A stretch of DNA of 41,275 bases, from positions 1-41,275 of the IMG/VR virus record IMGVR_UViG_3300025869_000003; one strand, given 5' to 3'. This stretch comes from a virus. A program made the position numbers and the translations under genes. Positions 1 to 9,900 of this stretch are shown piece by piece (the first letter of the stretch is position 1; each line of letters begins with the position of its first letter). The notes below the pieces were generated by a model. It searched no databases. It had not been told where the DNA came from and worked only from the letters and a program-made list of their open reading frames with translations.

Positions 1-127
1 CCCAAACAAAGGACATGGTGCGTGGCGAGATGCCACGACGAGTGGAGCGTTCTTACTTATTGAAACATCCAAATGGGAGCTTGGTTGCCCACGGCTCCAA
101 TGAGAGCCGTGGGTAGCCTAAAATTTA
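1..127. repeat. Terminal direct repeat, exact copy of 41149..41275 (circular-closure overlap or short DTR)
   Basis: The first 127 nt (cccaaacaaaggacatggtg...gggtagcctaaaattta) reappear base for base as the last 127 nt of the window. Confidence 0.95.
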
Positions 128-345
128 AATGCAAAAAGGAGAACATAGAAGTAGTAGCTCAGGGCGAGACTTATGTGATCTCGTTAATGGCAAAGGCAGA
201 TGTGGAAACTGCCCATTGGATCTTGGAAGGGATCCAGTTTCAGAATTTAGAAGATGCAATCGCCTGGATAAAGGCGAGGTCGAATATGACTGGTACATCA
301 CCCTCGCATCAATGTGGGACGACCCCACACAAGACTTTGATTTAA
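73..345 (+). CDS. Alternative small hypothetical protein (90 aa) in the overlapping frame
   Basis: The translation looks protein-like (ENIEVVAQGETYVISLMAKADVETAHWILEGIQFQNLEDAIAWIKARS), but the 5' end runs through the strong hairpin. I cannot decide between the frames by eye. Confidence 0.3.
   Translation: MGAWLPTAPMRAVGSLKFKCKKENIEVVAQGETYVISLMAKADVETAHWILEGIQFQNLEDAIAWIKARSNMTGTSPSHQCGTTPHKTLI
88..113 (+). terminator. GC-rich hairpin; possible terminator of the + strand early operon that ends at 41137
   Basis: Perfect 10-bp arms cccacggctc / gagccgtggg with the 6-nt loop caatga. It is duplicated at 41236..41261. No clear U-tract follows. A weaker 6-bp hairpin (cgtggc-gagat-gccacg) lies at 21..37. 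Confidence 0.35.
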
Positions 346-365
346 ACTTAGAAAAACAAATATGA
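129..365 (+). CDS. Small hypothetical protein (78 aa, Cys-rich CDLVNGKGRCGNC); mutually exclusive with the 73..345 frame
   Basis: Its stop overlaps the ATG of the next gene in an ATGA junction (362..365), the coupling style used throughout this genome. It starts after the 88..113 hairpin. No SD is visible. Confidence 0.35.
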   Translation: MQKGEHRSSSSGRDLCDLVNGKGRCGNCPLDLGRDPVSEFRRCNRLDKGEVEYDWYITLASMWDDPTQDFDLNLEKQI

Positions 366-682
366 ATATTAAGCATAATAATCCGGTAGTAGCAGATTTA
401 GTTAATCAAATTGAGATTAACTCAGACAATTTGATGAAAGTAAATTTGATGATTCAAATGTTTGATTTACCCAACTCAGACGAGATGAAACCCGCCCAAA
501 TTGGTAGAAAGATGGGCATTCCCGATGCATCCGTCCGTAAGCTAGAACAGCGAGCAAAAGCTAAACTCAATACTGAGTACCAAGCTATGCTTAATGAGGA
601 ACAAAGACTTTTAGATAAACACACGAAGGGCGATCAAGATCCTTCAATAAACTCAGGAGAACAAAAAATATGGCAAAATTGA
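362..682 (+). CDS. Small sigma-70 region-4-like HTH protein (106 aa)
   Basis: KPAQIGRKMGIPDASVRKLEQRAKAKL matches the region 4.2 HTH pattern (eIa..lgis..tVr....rA..kL). The protein is too short to hold region 2. Confidence 0.55.
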   Translation: MNIKHNNPVVADLVNQIEINSDNLMKVNLMIQMFDLPNSDEMKPAQIGRKMGIPDASVRKLEQRAKAKLNTEYQAMLNEEQRLLDKHTKGDQDPSINSGEQKIWQN

Positions 683-1527
683 AATCCAAAACTATCAACG
701 AAAAGTTCGCTACTTTGTACAACAAGGTCGAACGAGAAGGCATGGGCTTTCATGATCAAATGATCTTTGTTACAAACATACTTCGAGATCATGGAGTCGA
801 AGCTAAGACCGCTGTCGAACTTATGCATAAAGCAAGCGAAAATGTTGAACGCAGAAGACCAGCAATAGGTGAAATCGAACGCATTGTTAGATGGTCATAT
901 CAAAACAAGGGCGTGATTGATGGAAATTACCATAAGCCTAAGGAGACAGCTCGACGTAATCAGTCGGTGATTGATGAGTGGGCATCTAAAGGAAGTCTAT
1001 CATCCTTAAAGTTGCGTTCAAAAGAGATCCCCAAAAAAGCAGAATACATAATTGAAGAGCTTTACGCAGAACATGAATTACTTCACATCAGCGAAGACAT
1101 TTATCATGATACAATTAAGTCGGCTGGCGACTGGGTAGATGGAGGTCTAAAAGGAATGCAATACTTCTGTCCAGCAACCTTCAAGGGAGCTGACAAAGGT
1201 CGCTTGGCTGAAAATGTTGATGTAAGACCATATCTTGTTTTTGAAACAGACGAGCGACCCAAAGACTGGGATGGTCAATGCGGTCTCATAGACCGCCTTT
1301 CCCAAGAACTAGATTTGATTATGGTCACAGCCTCCGGCAATAAGTCACTTCATGCTCTCTTTGATGCCTCTACACCATCTGAGGATCGCATTGCGAGGTT
1401 TAAGGATCTAGTGGTTACCCTTGGCGGTGATAGAAGCGTTTTACGACCATCACAAATGGTAAGATTTCCATGGGGTGTAAATACCAAAACAAATACAATT
1501 CAGGAGGTCGTTTATTATGCAAGATGA
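670..1527 (+). CDS. Archaeo-eukaryotic-type (AEP / prim-pol-like) primase
   Basis: Motifs read in translation: LVFETDERP (acidic motif I), TASGNKSLHALF (SGxxxH motif II) and QMVRFPWGVNTK (RxPGxxN-like motif III). The gene overlaps the downstream ATPase gene by 11 nt. Confidence 0.65.
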   Translation: MAKLKSKTINEKFATLYNKVEREGMGFHDQMIFVTNILRDHGVEAKTAVELMHKASENVERRRPAIGEIERIVRWSYQNKGVIDGNYHKPKETARRNQSVIDEWASKGSLSSLKLRSKEIPKKAEYIIEELYAEHELLHISEDIYHDTIKSAGDWVDGGLKGMQYFCPATFKGADKGRLAENVDVRPYLVFETDERPKDWDGQCGLIDRLSQELDLIMVTASGNKSLHALFDASTPSEDRIARFKDLVVTLGGDRSVLRPSQMVRFPWGVNTKTNTIQEVVYYAR

Positions 1528-2659
1528 CTCTTCCAATTTCACAAAGTTTTTCACCGATACTTCAGTACTAGAGGACATTGGTTCTAATGGTCGTAATTAT
1601 TCAGATGAAGCCTCAGGAGAGTCTAAACCTATGCCCTCCCCTGAGGTGGATTCTACAATTCTTCCACCAATATTATCAGGCAAAGACTTCCCTCCTCTTT
1701 GGGAACTAGAATCTAGACCCTTCTTAGTGGATGGTATGATCCAAAAATCTGATACAGTCCTATTAACATCGCCAGCAAAAGTTGGAAAATCATTCATTTG
1801 GGCAAACATGGCAATGAATATTGCGACCGGAACTCCTTTCCTTGGTAAGCAAACTACGCAAAGCAATGTCCTCATAATAGACCTTGAATTGCGTCGTGAT
1901 GTTGCAATCGACAGATTGACAAATATCGCAAATAAATTGGGCTTCGATAAAGTACCTGAGAATTTATATTTGTGGTCTTTAGCTCGTCATACTTACCGCC
2001 TAAATACAATTATTGAAGTCTTACATTCAAGACTCCAGCAATTGCCTGAGATCGGCTTAATCGTAGTGGATCCACTATATGTAATTGATAGAAGTGATGC
2101 CGAAGGAGGAGGCGAATTTGACGAAAATAACGCCCATTCTGTAACTCGATTGATTATAGAATTGGAACAGCTCACAACTGAGCAAGGATCCGCTTTAGGG
2201 CTAGTTCATCATACCCGAAAAGGAAATCTCAATAGTACTGACTCTATGGATCGATCAAGCGGTAGTTCAGCATTCTCAAGATACCCAAGCGTGATAATGA
2301 ATGTCAGTCGCCATGAGATCGACAATTGTGGCATCATTGAATTTACGACTCGAAACTTTAAAAGTCCAAGCCCGGTATGCTATGAAATGAAGGCTCCGCT
2401 AGTGTTGGAGCGTCCGGATCTTGACCCAACTAAATTTCGCAGATATGGCAATGCTGGCATATCTGAAGTGGTGTCTCAAGACGTTGCATTAAAAGCCCTA
2501 CCTAATCATGCGGTGAGCAAACAAGAATGGTTTGCTCGATGCAGATCCGCTGGGGTTAAAGAATCTGAGTTTCTACAACTTGTTGATGAAATGTTATCCA
2601 GCGGTCTTATTATTGAAACTAAGGATGGCTTTGCGAAAAACATGGGGGCTGGAATATGA
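1517..2659 (+). CDS. RecA-fold replicative ATPase/helicase, RepA (AAA_25)-like
   Basis: Walker A SPAKVGKS, Walker B-like LIVVDPLY and the LVHHTRKG segment. An aggagg SD lies about 9 nt upstream of the ATG. Confidence 0.7.
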   Translation: MQDDSSNFTKFFTDTSVLEDIGSNGRNYSDEASGESKPMPSPEVDSTILPPILSGKDFPPLWELESRPFLVDGMIQKSDTVLLTSPAKVGKSFIWANMAMNIATGTPFLGKQTTQSNVLIIDLELRRDVAIDRLTNIANKLGFDKVPENLYLWSLARHTYRLNTIIEVLHSRLQQLPEIGLIVVDPLYVIDRSDAEGGGEFDENNAHSVTRLIIELEQLTTEQGSALGLVHHTRKGNLNSTDSMDRSSGSSAFSRYPSVIMNVSRHEIDNCGIIEFTTRNFKSPSPVCYEMKAPLVLERPDLDPTKFRRYGNAGISEVVSQDVALKALPNHAVSKQEWFARCRSAGVKESEFLQLVDEMLSSGLIIETKDGFAKNMGAGI

Positions 2660-2862
2660 GCGAACCTAAATACGAATGCCTTCTAACTAGAAGACAAGTT
2701 GCAGAAATGCTCAATTGTAGCGTGAACACAGTTATTAATCTTGAGCAGAGAGGTAAGATACCTCTTGTCCAATTAACCGGAAGTGCAATTAGATTTAAGC
2801 CTGAAACAATCCAATCTTACATCGATGGCAGAGAGATTTTTATTAAACCAAAGTATAATTAA
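2656..2862 (+). CDS. Excisionase/AlpA-family (MerR-like) HTH protein; Xis candidate
   Basis: LTRRQVAEMLNCSVNTVINLEQRGKIPLVQLTGSAIRFKPETIQSYI fits the excisionase-type HTH pattern. It forms an ATGA overlap with the helicase stop. Confidence 0.6.
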   Translation: MSEPKYECLLTRRQVAEMLNCSVNTVINLEQRGKIPLVQLTGSAIRFKPETIQSYIDGREIFIKPKYN

Positions 2863-2864
2863 CC

Positions 2865-3932
2865 ATGAACATTATTAACGAAGAAGACTTGTCAGATATA
2901 TCGACTAGAAAGCTCATTGCTGAGTATCAGGGTATCAATCAAAAGATTGCTCTCCTTGAAATTGAGATTGAGGAACGAAAGAGGGATTTAACCTTCAATG
3001 ATAACTATAAGCGTGAGCTTCGATCTCTTGAAGGCAAGTCCAGCAGAATTAAAGCTGACATCATTAATGGTCATAGACAAATGATGGGTAAGGCTGTCGG
3101 TTATTGCATTAATAAATATGGCGTATGGGATCATGATAAGGGCAAAAGGGTTCCGTTGCATGACCTCAGAGGATTTAGTCAATCAAAAGACAAATACGGA
3201 AAAGTCGTTGAAGTCGATGACGATGAACTTAAATCAGAAGCGTTGTGTCAGTTCCAAAGGACATTACACAAATTTGACTTGAGCAAAGAGAATAGCGACT
3301 TCAGCCAAAATGCCTTCAGAGATATATGCACTCATATAAAAAGACTTTTTGGTATTGCTGGAATGAAAACAAAAAAGAGAAAAGCTATTTGGGCAGAGCA
3401 ATGCTTACAAAAGTTGGTTAATGTCAGAAAGAATGAATGTTTAAGACAAGGCAGAGAAGTTAAATTTAGCGAGGTTGCTAAGATACTTGGCATTAAACAA
3501 AAAGTCGTAGATGGATTGCTATCAATATGCTCTCATACTGAGTCGCTTTACTTGGAAGATATAAAAGGCGGTGGAGTAAAAAGTGACTACTATGATAACG
3601 GCTTGGAAGAAGATTGCCGCGCGGAAGTTGATACCAATGCCAAGGACGATTGGCTTCAGCAAAACGCTGAAAAAATTTGCTCCAGAAAAGAACTTGATGT
3701 TTTAGCCCACCGCCTCATGGAGCCAAAATTATATCTTGTAAGTATTACATCCACTACAGAAGAGTTTCCGGTCGTTGATAATCGTATTAAGGAAATTGAA
3801 AATTTAATCAGTCAAAACAAGTACGATGAAAGATTAGTTGATATGCTCAAAGACTTCTTCGGTTTTGAGCCAAGATCCACTCAGGAACCCGATGTCGATT
3901 TGCTAATCAGACTTGGGATATACGATAACTAA
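2865..3932 (+). CDS. Divergent sigma-70-family-like transcription factor (putative)
   Basis: SEALCQFQRTLHKFDLSKENSDFSQNAFRDICTHIKRLF resembles sigma region 2 (gL..a..kFd...g..Fs.ya...I...I.r). VKFSEVAKILGIKQKVVDGLL and SRKELDVLAHRL resemble regions 3 and 4.1. The region-2 match is interrupted by an insertion. Confidence 0.4.
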   Translation: MNIINEEDLSDISTRKLIAEYQGINQKIALLEIEIEERKRDLTFNDNYKRELRSLEGKSSRIKADIINGHRQMMGKAVGYCINKYGVWDHDKGKRVPLHDLRGFSQSKDKYGKVVEVDDDELKSEALCQFQRTLHKFDLSKENSDFSQNAFRDICTHIKRLFGIAGMKTKKRKAIWAEQCLQKLVNVRKNECLRQGREVKFSEVAKILGIKQKVVDGLLSICSHTESLYLEDIKGGGVKSDYYDNGLEEDCRAEVDTNAKDDWLQQNAEKICSRKELDVLAHRLMEPKLYLVSITSTTEEFPVVDNRIKEIENLISQNKYDERLVDMLKDFFGFEPRSTQEPDVDLLIRLGIYDN

Positions 3933-6900
3933 TTCCTGAAGCGATCCAGCTCTCTTGATGTTGCCATAGACCTAGACATGGCTGGAGCCATAAATCTATT
4001 TTGATTAACGGCTGATGGTGACATCCTATTGGTGTCACCATCATCAGGCATGAATTGCTCTATTTCTTTGGAGCCTTTGCTTTGCCCTTTGGAGTTTTGA
4101 GTTTTAGGTCGAACTCCTTCATTAGTCGTTCCATTGCCTTGTCCCCTACCTCCTTTATTAGCTCTAAGTTTGGTGACGTATCTTTTGGTGTATCCGCTGA
4201 TTGTTTCATTTGTTGATGCTCCTGAGTATCCTAATTCTTTTGCTGTTGAAATCATATAAAACCAACGAATCGCTTGCAAGGCGCTAGTTGGCATTTTCTG
4301 TTTAGTTTTCGTTTCAAATTCCTCCTGAAAGATCTCTGTGAAACGTGTAAATAAAGCGTGTTCATCGACATTTGCTGGAAGACCAGTATTTGGTTTAAAC
4401 ATTCCCTTAAAGTAAGAGCGAATGAATCTAGCCTCCCAAACATCAATCGTGTTGTAGTTGTGATTGCCGATGGTGTTCAAAGTGTAAGCTCCAACTTTTG
4501 GCCCGAAGATAAACATCCTTGGAATAAGCTCATCCTGACCAGTTGCTTGCTTAACGATCCGTCTAATATCTCCGGTCTTTGCAACATTACCAGCATATCC
4601 CATTTTCTTGTTAAACTTATGAAGTTCATTCATGGGAATAGCTTCTTCAAGGTAGTCGATAGCATTCCTGACGCTACCCAGCTTTTTACGAAGCTTATCA
4701 ACGATCAATAACGATCTCGCTTTGGTCGGAGCCGTTGTACCTGAAATCTTAAATGGAGAAGAGGCAATGACAGGATTACCCTTTTCACTAGTTCCCATCT
4801 TGATGTCTTCAATGTCTCCCTTCTCTTTGTACAAGTTAAAGATATTGACTCCATCTCCTACATTAGAAGGCAATTTTGTCCCCGGTGAGGTAAGCCCTAA
4901 CATCGTCTGATAATAAAGGAAATCATCATCGGTTACATTACCATAACCTTCGTTAAGCTCCCTACGAGATGCCTCCATATCCTTATTGTAGTAATCAGCG
5001 AATTGAGGGTTTTCTCGCATAAATGGAGTGACGTCTTCAATCGCTCTTCTAGTAGCCTCACGAATATTCCGCACACTAGCTTTTAGCTGTCCCTTGGTCT
5101 TACGAAGGAGCTTGGGCATAAAGGATCCGAAAAACGCATCCTCTGCACTTTCTGCTACCCTACCTTGCTCTCTCACGATTGCCTTTGCGTCTTCCAACGC
5201 TGGCATGAACATTTGGTCATTTCGATTAGCTTGCTGGGATCGCGTAGCCTCCCTTTCAGATCTGACCTGACCGCTAAAAAGATCGTTTGCTAGAGTTTCT
5301 GTACGAACTTCATCAGCAGATTTATATCCAGCTCTCTTCAATAACTCTTGTGGATTGAAACCAGTCTTAGATTTCTTTGATACTTCCTTGGCGACCAAAG
5401 GTATACTATTATCTGAGACCTTACCGCTGTCCGGCATATAGAGCATGAGATCATCTATCTTGGACTTGTCGGCTGGTAATTCAAATGACCAGCCTCTGTA
5501 CTCACGCTTCCAAGGTCTACGATTAGCATCCATGCCACCAGTTACCTCAAAAGTGTATGGCTGAACTTTACCTCCACCAATCTTCTTACTTATCTTATTG
5601 GCTAAACTTACTAACTCCTTGTCATAGAAGTTTTTCATACCATCACCGCCAAACTCCATGTCTAGCCCAGTATAATAAACCTCTTGAGTGTCAGCGAATT
5701 TTAGTTCGTTTGGATCTGCATTTGCTCTCTTTTCACGAAGATCCTTAACAGCTCTTTCAGTTAAAGTCTTTCCGATGTATTTTTTAAGATCTCTTTCAAG
5801 CAGTTGATTTCTTAGGAGTGAATGAGGACTGCCTTCATGGCTGACTTCTATGCTGTACACATTATCTACGCCCTTGTTTGGAGTATAAACATGGATACTT
5901 TTGATCTTCTTAACCAAACTTGGATAACGATTTAAATGTCCCTGACCTCCCAACCAAGCGACTTTCTTTACTCCACGATTAACTGCATCCTTAATTGCAG
6001 TCTTCAAAGCTAAAGAGGGCCAACTTTTCTTAAATGGAGCATCAGGGACTCCTCCAGCAAGCTCACGCTTTAGATTTAGAAACTTATCATATGCTTTCTT
6101 CTGATCAGTTTCACGAATCCTGAACTGCCTTCCATCCTCAAAACGAGCCTGATACTCTCCATTTTCCGTTTTACTTAGCTGACCTTCGAGCGGTGAATTG
6201 TCATACCCTTCGCTTCTTCCGGTCTGATGCCAATCTGATTGAATTTCCTCGATGAAGAAAGTTTCACCGCTTTGTCTTATGTTGGATCGGATATGAGCAA
6301 CCACATTATTTTCGTCACTAAAATGCGGATCACTCCAAATATACTCGTCACCGCCAAATTTGATTAGAGTCTCTCTATAGTTTTCTCCTCCATCAGTTGC
6401 ATACTCAGGATAAACAGCGTCCCCATCTATATCCTCAGCAACATCGCTTTCGTAGACCTCTCTGATCTCTGCATCTGATGTATTGTTAGCAGAACTTTCT
6501 GCCATTTGTTCCGCATGATATTGTAACTCAGCCCTAGCATCGCTTTCGGATCCATATGTTTGGAGATCTCCAAAATCGCCATACAAAGGTTCGCCATAAA
6601 GATCGATGTACCATCCATTATCATCTTCGCTAAAGGCTACATCCAACTCATCAAGGTAGGTTTCGATTTCACTTTCATAGTAGCGATCACGAAGTTCCAT
6701 AATGTCGGTTGATTCACCAAGATCAGTCCTTTGAAGAACTGGAGATTCACGCTTAATGAATCGTTCAATCTCTTGCCGATCAAAACTCTTTTTTGTCTGC
6801 AAGAAATCGGTAAGACCGATTTCATCTGCATAATTCTTTGCTCCAGCAAACTTGGTCAATGCTGACATGAATTGCTGACCGCTAAACTTGAATTGCTTTA

Positions 6901-9900
6901 TGGTCTCCAAGGCTCCATCCAAAATGTTATCTCGCAGACCCAAGTGATTATAACTAGCAAATCGCTTGCTATCTACTTCTGCTGGAGTTGGAGGAAGCTT
7001 TGGATCGCCTTCCGGTGAGAAAAGAGTGTTCTTATCGGAAGGTTGAAACAACGGCTCACTTTGCCTAAATGGATTGTAGTTGTTCCTGATATTTTCGTAA
7101 TCAAATGCAAAAGCCTTTTTCTCCCCACGCCTTATTCCAGCTAGGGCTTCGACATCGAAAGACTTGAAGCTTTTCTTGATTACTCCTGACTCAAGTAAAT
7201 CCCGAAGCCCAGGTGATGCAATCTCACCAGCAGACTCTTTTAAGCCGAAGGCAACAGTCATTATTTCGTTTTCCTTGCGACCCTCAGGGTTAATTCTTCC
7301 TTCAGGATCTGCTAAGGCTTTCTGCCCTTGTTCTGCTAATCTCTTCTCAAAATCCTTGATGTCCTTTACATAGCCCTTCTCAACTAGAGTTTGCATATTC
7401 TGCCGGACAACAGCTTGGTCGTATCCTAAGACCTTTAATGTTCCAGCGGAGACTTGCCATCCATAGATTGCTACATCACGGATCCTAAATGGATTCTGTC
7501 TTTTAGACTTGGTTCCGCTTCGATAGCCAAAGACAATACCTACCCTTTGATCTATAGCTTCTTGTAAGGCGTTTAAAATAGTCGCAACGTTCCTGAACGG
7601 ATCGTTGCGAGTGAAGATTGTCCTAAGATCGTTGGTCAGCTTTTTGCCGATGAGAAAACCTCGCTTTGTCGTAGACCATCCATCTTCAGGATTTTCCTTA
7701 TAACGCTTTTTCATAGCGTCGATTTCTCTGCGAAGAGACTTGTTTGAAATTACAAGATTCTTGGCATCAGTCAGACTCAAGCCATTACCTCCAAACAATT
7801 CAACAAAGCGATCCTCACCAGTTTGCCCTTTCTTGGGTTGGATCAACATACCCTTCTTTGCTAGTTGCCCTTTCTCATCTAGCTCAATTGCCCTTGCTCT
7901 ACCATAATTCTCATAGACCCTTCGGATCGAAGGATTATCTAACTGAGCTTTTGATATTGGATTGCTCAATGGATTACCTGAGCTTGGTTCTACCACTCCT
8001 AAAATTCCAAGAAGTCTTCTACTGGAATCCAACAGATAGCGTCTTAGTCTTGGATGAAAATTCTCAAATGCATTTGGATCCTTAGTGAACATCATTGCAA
8101 ATTGTTCGGCTCCAATTTCTTGAGCTAGTTTGGAAGCGTCTTTGCCAATCGAAATACCCCCAATCAGTTCTCCCTCTCTTTGAGCCAAGCCTTTTGCGAC
8201 GTCCTCAGAGGTTGCTGGTCTACCCCTTTGCTTTGAATCGTAATCTCTTTGGATAGCAACAGCCGTATCATCTAGGTATATCGGATCTCCAAGAGGATTT
8301 CCTTTGTCATCGTATCTGTAATGAAAGGCTGTACCTTTACCCTCTTTAGTTCTGTACGGCTCAAGCAGTAATTGGAGCATTGTTGGATCATCTCCAATTG
8401 CTCGATAAATGAAATCGTGACCAGTCTCGTGAGCGATCAACTCAGTCGCTACCCTTGAGCTTTGTGGAAGATTACTTTCGTTGATGTAAATAGTCCGACT
8501 TGGCTTATCAAAATGCCCCTTTGGAGCGCGATCCAACTCAGGAAGGTTATTCTGTCTACGAGATTCATTGAGAAAATCTAGGTATGCCTTTGGCTCCATG
8601 ATCATGAACTTCGGAGATCCAATTCCAGCTTCTTGAAGAGTCGATAACATGACCTGAGCTGGTCTAGGCATTTTAACAAATGCCTTCCGCTGATCTTCAG
8701 TTAACTTGTTTTTCATATGAGCATCAATGGAGGCTGTATCTCTCGCAAAATTAGTTTTCCCAGCCTTCATCCCTTGCTGACCAGTTGGAATAAAACCTCC
8801 AGCTAAAAAGCCTCCTCCAGCCATAGCTCCCATATTTTCATAGTCTTCCCCGGCAAGCCCAGCTAGTCCGGCATTTATGGCTCCAACGCTGACTCCGTTA
8901 GCAACCATGTTGAACATCGCATCACCTACCGCAGTTCCATAGTGATTATAAGCATACATCGCTCTTTTTCGTGTAGATGGAGAGACTTTGCTGTTGGTAG
9001 CCAAACGATATAAAAACCTTTTGTTGCTGGCTGGCTGACCAAGAGTTTTGAGAACTTCACCAAATCCTAATCCTACTTTTTTAGCAATTAGCCCGACCCC
9101 TTCAGCGATACCAAGCTCCATTGCCAATGGGATAGATCCAGTCACACCTCCGACCAACTGACCTCCAACTGCAAAACCGCTTACATCTTCTGCCTTCTTG
9201 CTGATAGCTTTCGCTGTTTTCTCAACTGCCTTTCTTGGGAGTGATGCCATAAAAGCCGTCCCTTGCCCTAGTCTACCAACTCCTTTAAGACCGACTCCAG
9301 CTACATAGGAAGTCCCCTTTAATCCTTTCCTTAAAGCTTTAGCCGTTACCCTTGCTGCCATTTCTGTCGGGTACGCTCCGATCTTTCCAGCAATATCAAC
9401 TCCTCTTTCAAGCTTCTGTACAGCTCGTCTAGAACTTTTCATCTTGTTGGCAACATTTACTAGACCCTGAGATCTAGAAAGTTTTGCTCCAGCAGTCAGT
9501 CCAGCTTGGGTTGCCCTTAATGTTGTTTTGGTAGCAAACGCTCCAGCCTTTGCGACCGGAAAGATCATAAATGGATCTACGAAGTTTGCTCCAAATGAAA
9601 CTAATTTTTTATGCTCAATGTCATCGCTTTCAAGCATCTTTGGACGAACCTTTTCATAGTAGTCAAAGTTTTCCCGATACCGCTTATATTCTCGCTGTAT
9701 TTCTTCTGCGGTAGAATATGGCCCAGCCTTATCCATGATGGCTCCACCCAAGGTTTTTGCGAATCTAGTAAAGTCTCTAGATCCTATATTAAGAATATCT
9801 CCAAGTGTATCGTAATCGGCTAAAGCTCCTACTCCAGTCGCCCAATACCAAGGAACCTCTTCTAATGCTTCACCTCCTTCTTTAGCCATTCCTTTTACAC

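Noticed and set aside
4252-9823. About ten 60 to 117-aa ORFs on both strands inside the 2066-aa gene (for example 4358..4711, 5028..5270, 6637..6849, 7744..8085, 9611..9823).
   Set aside because: They lie wholly within a long, well-supported ORF. They have low-complexity or Ser/Leu/Pro-rich translations typical of shadow frames, and none has a start context or coupling junction.
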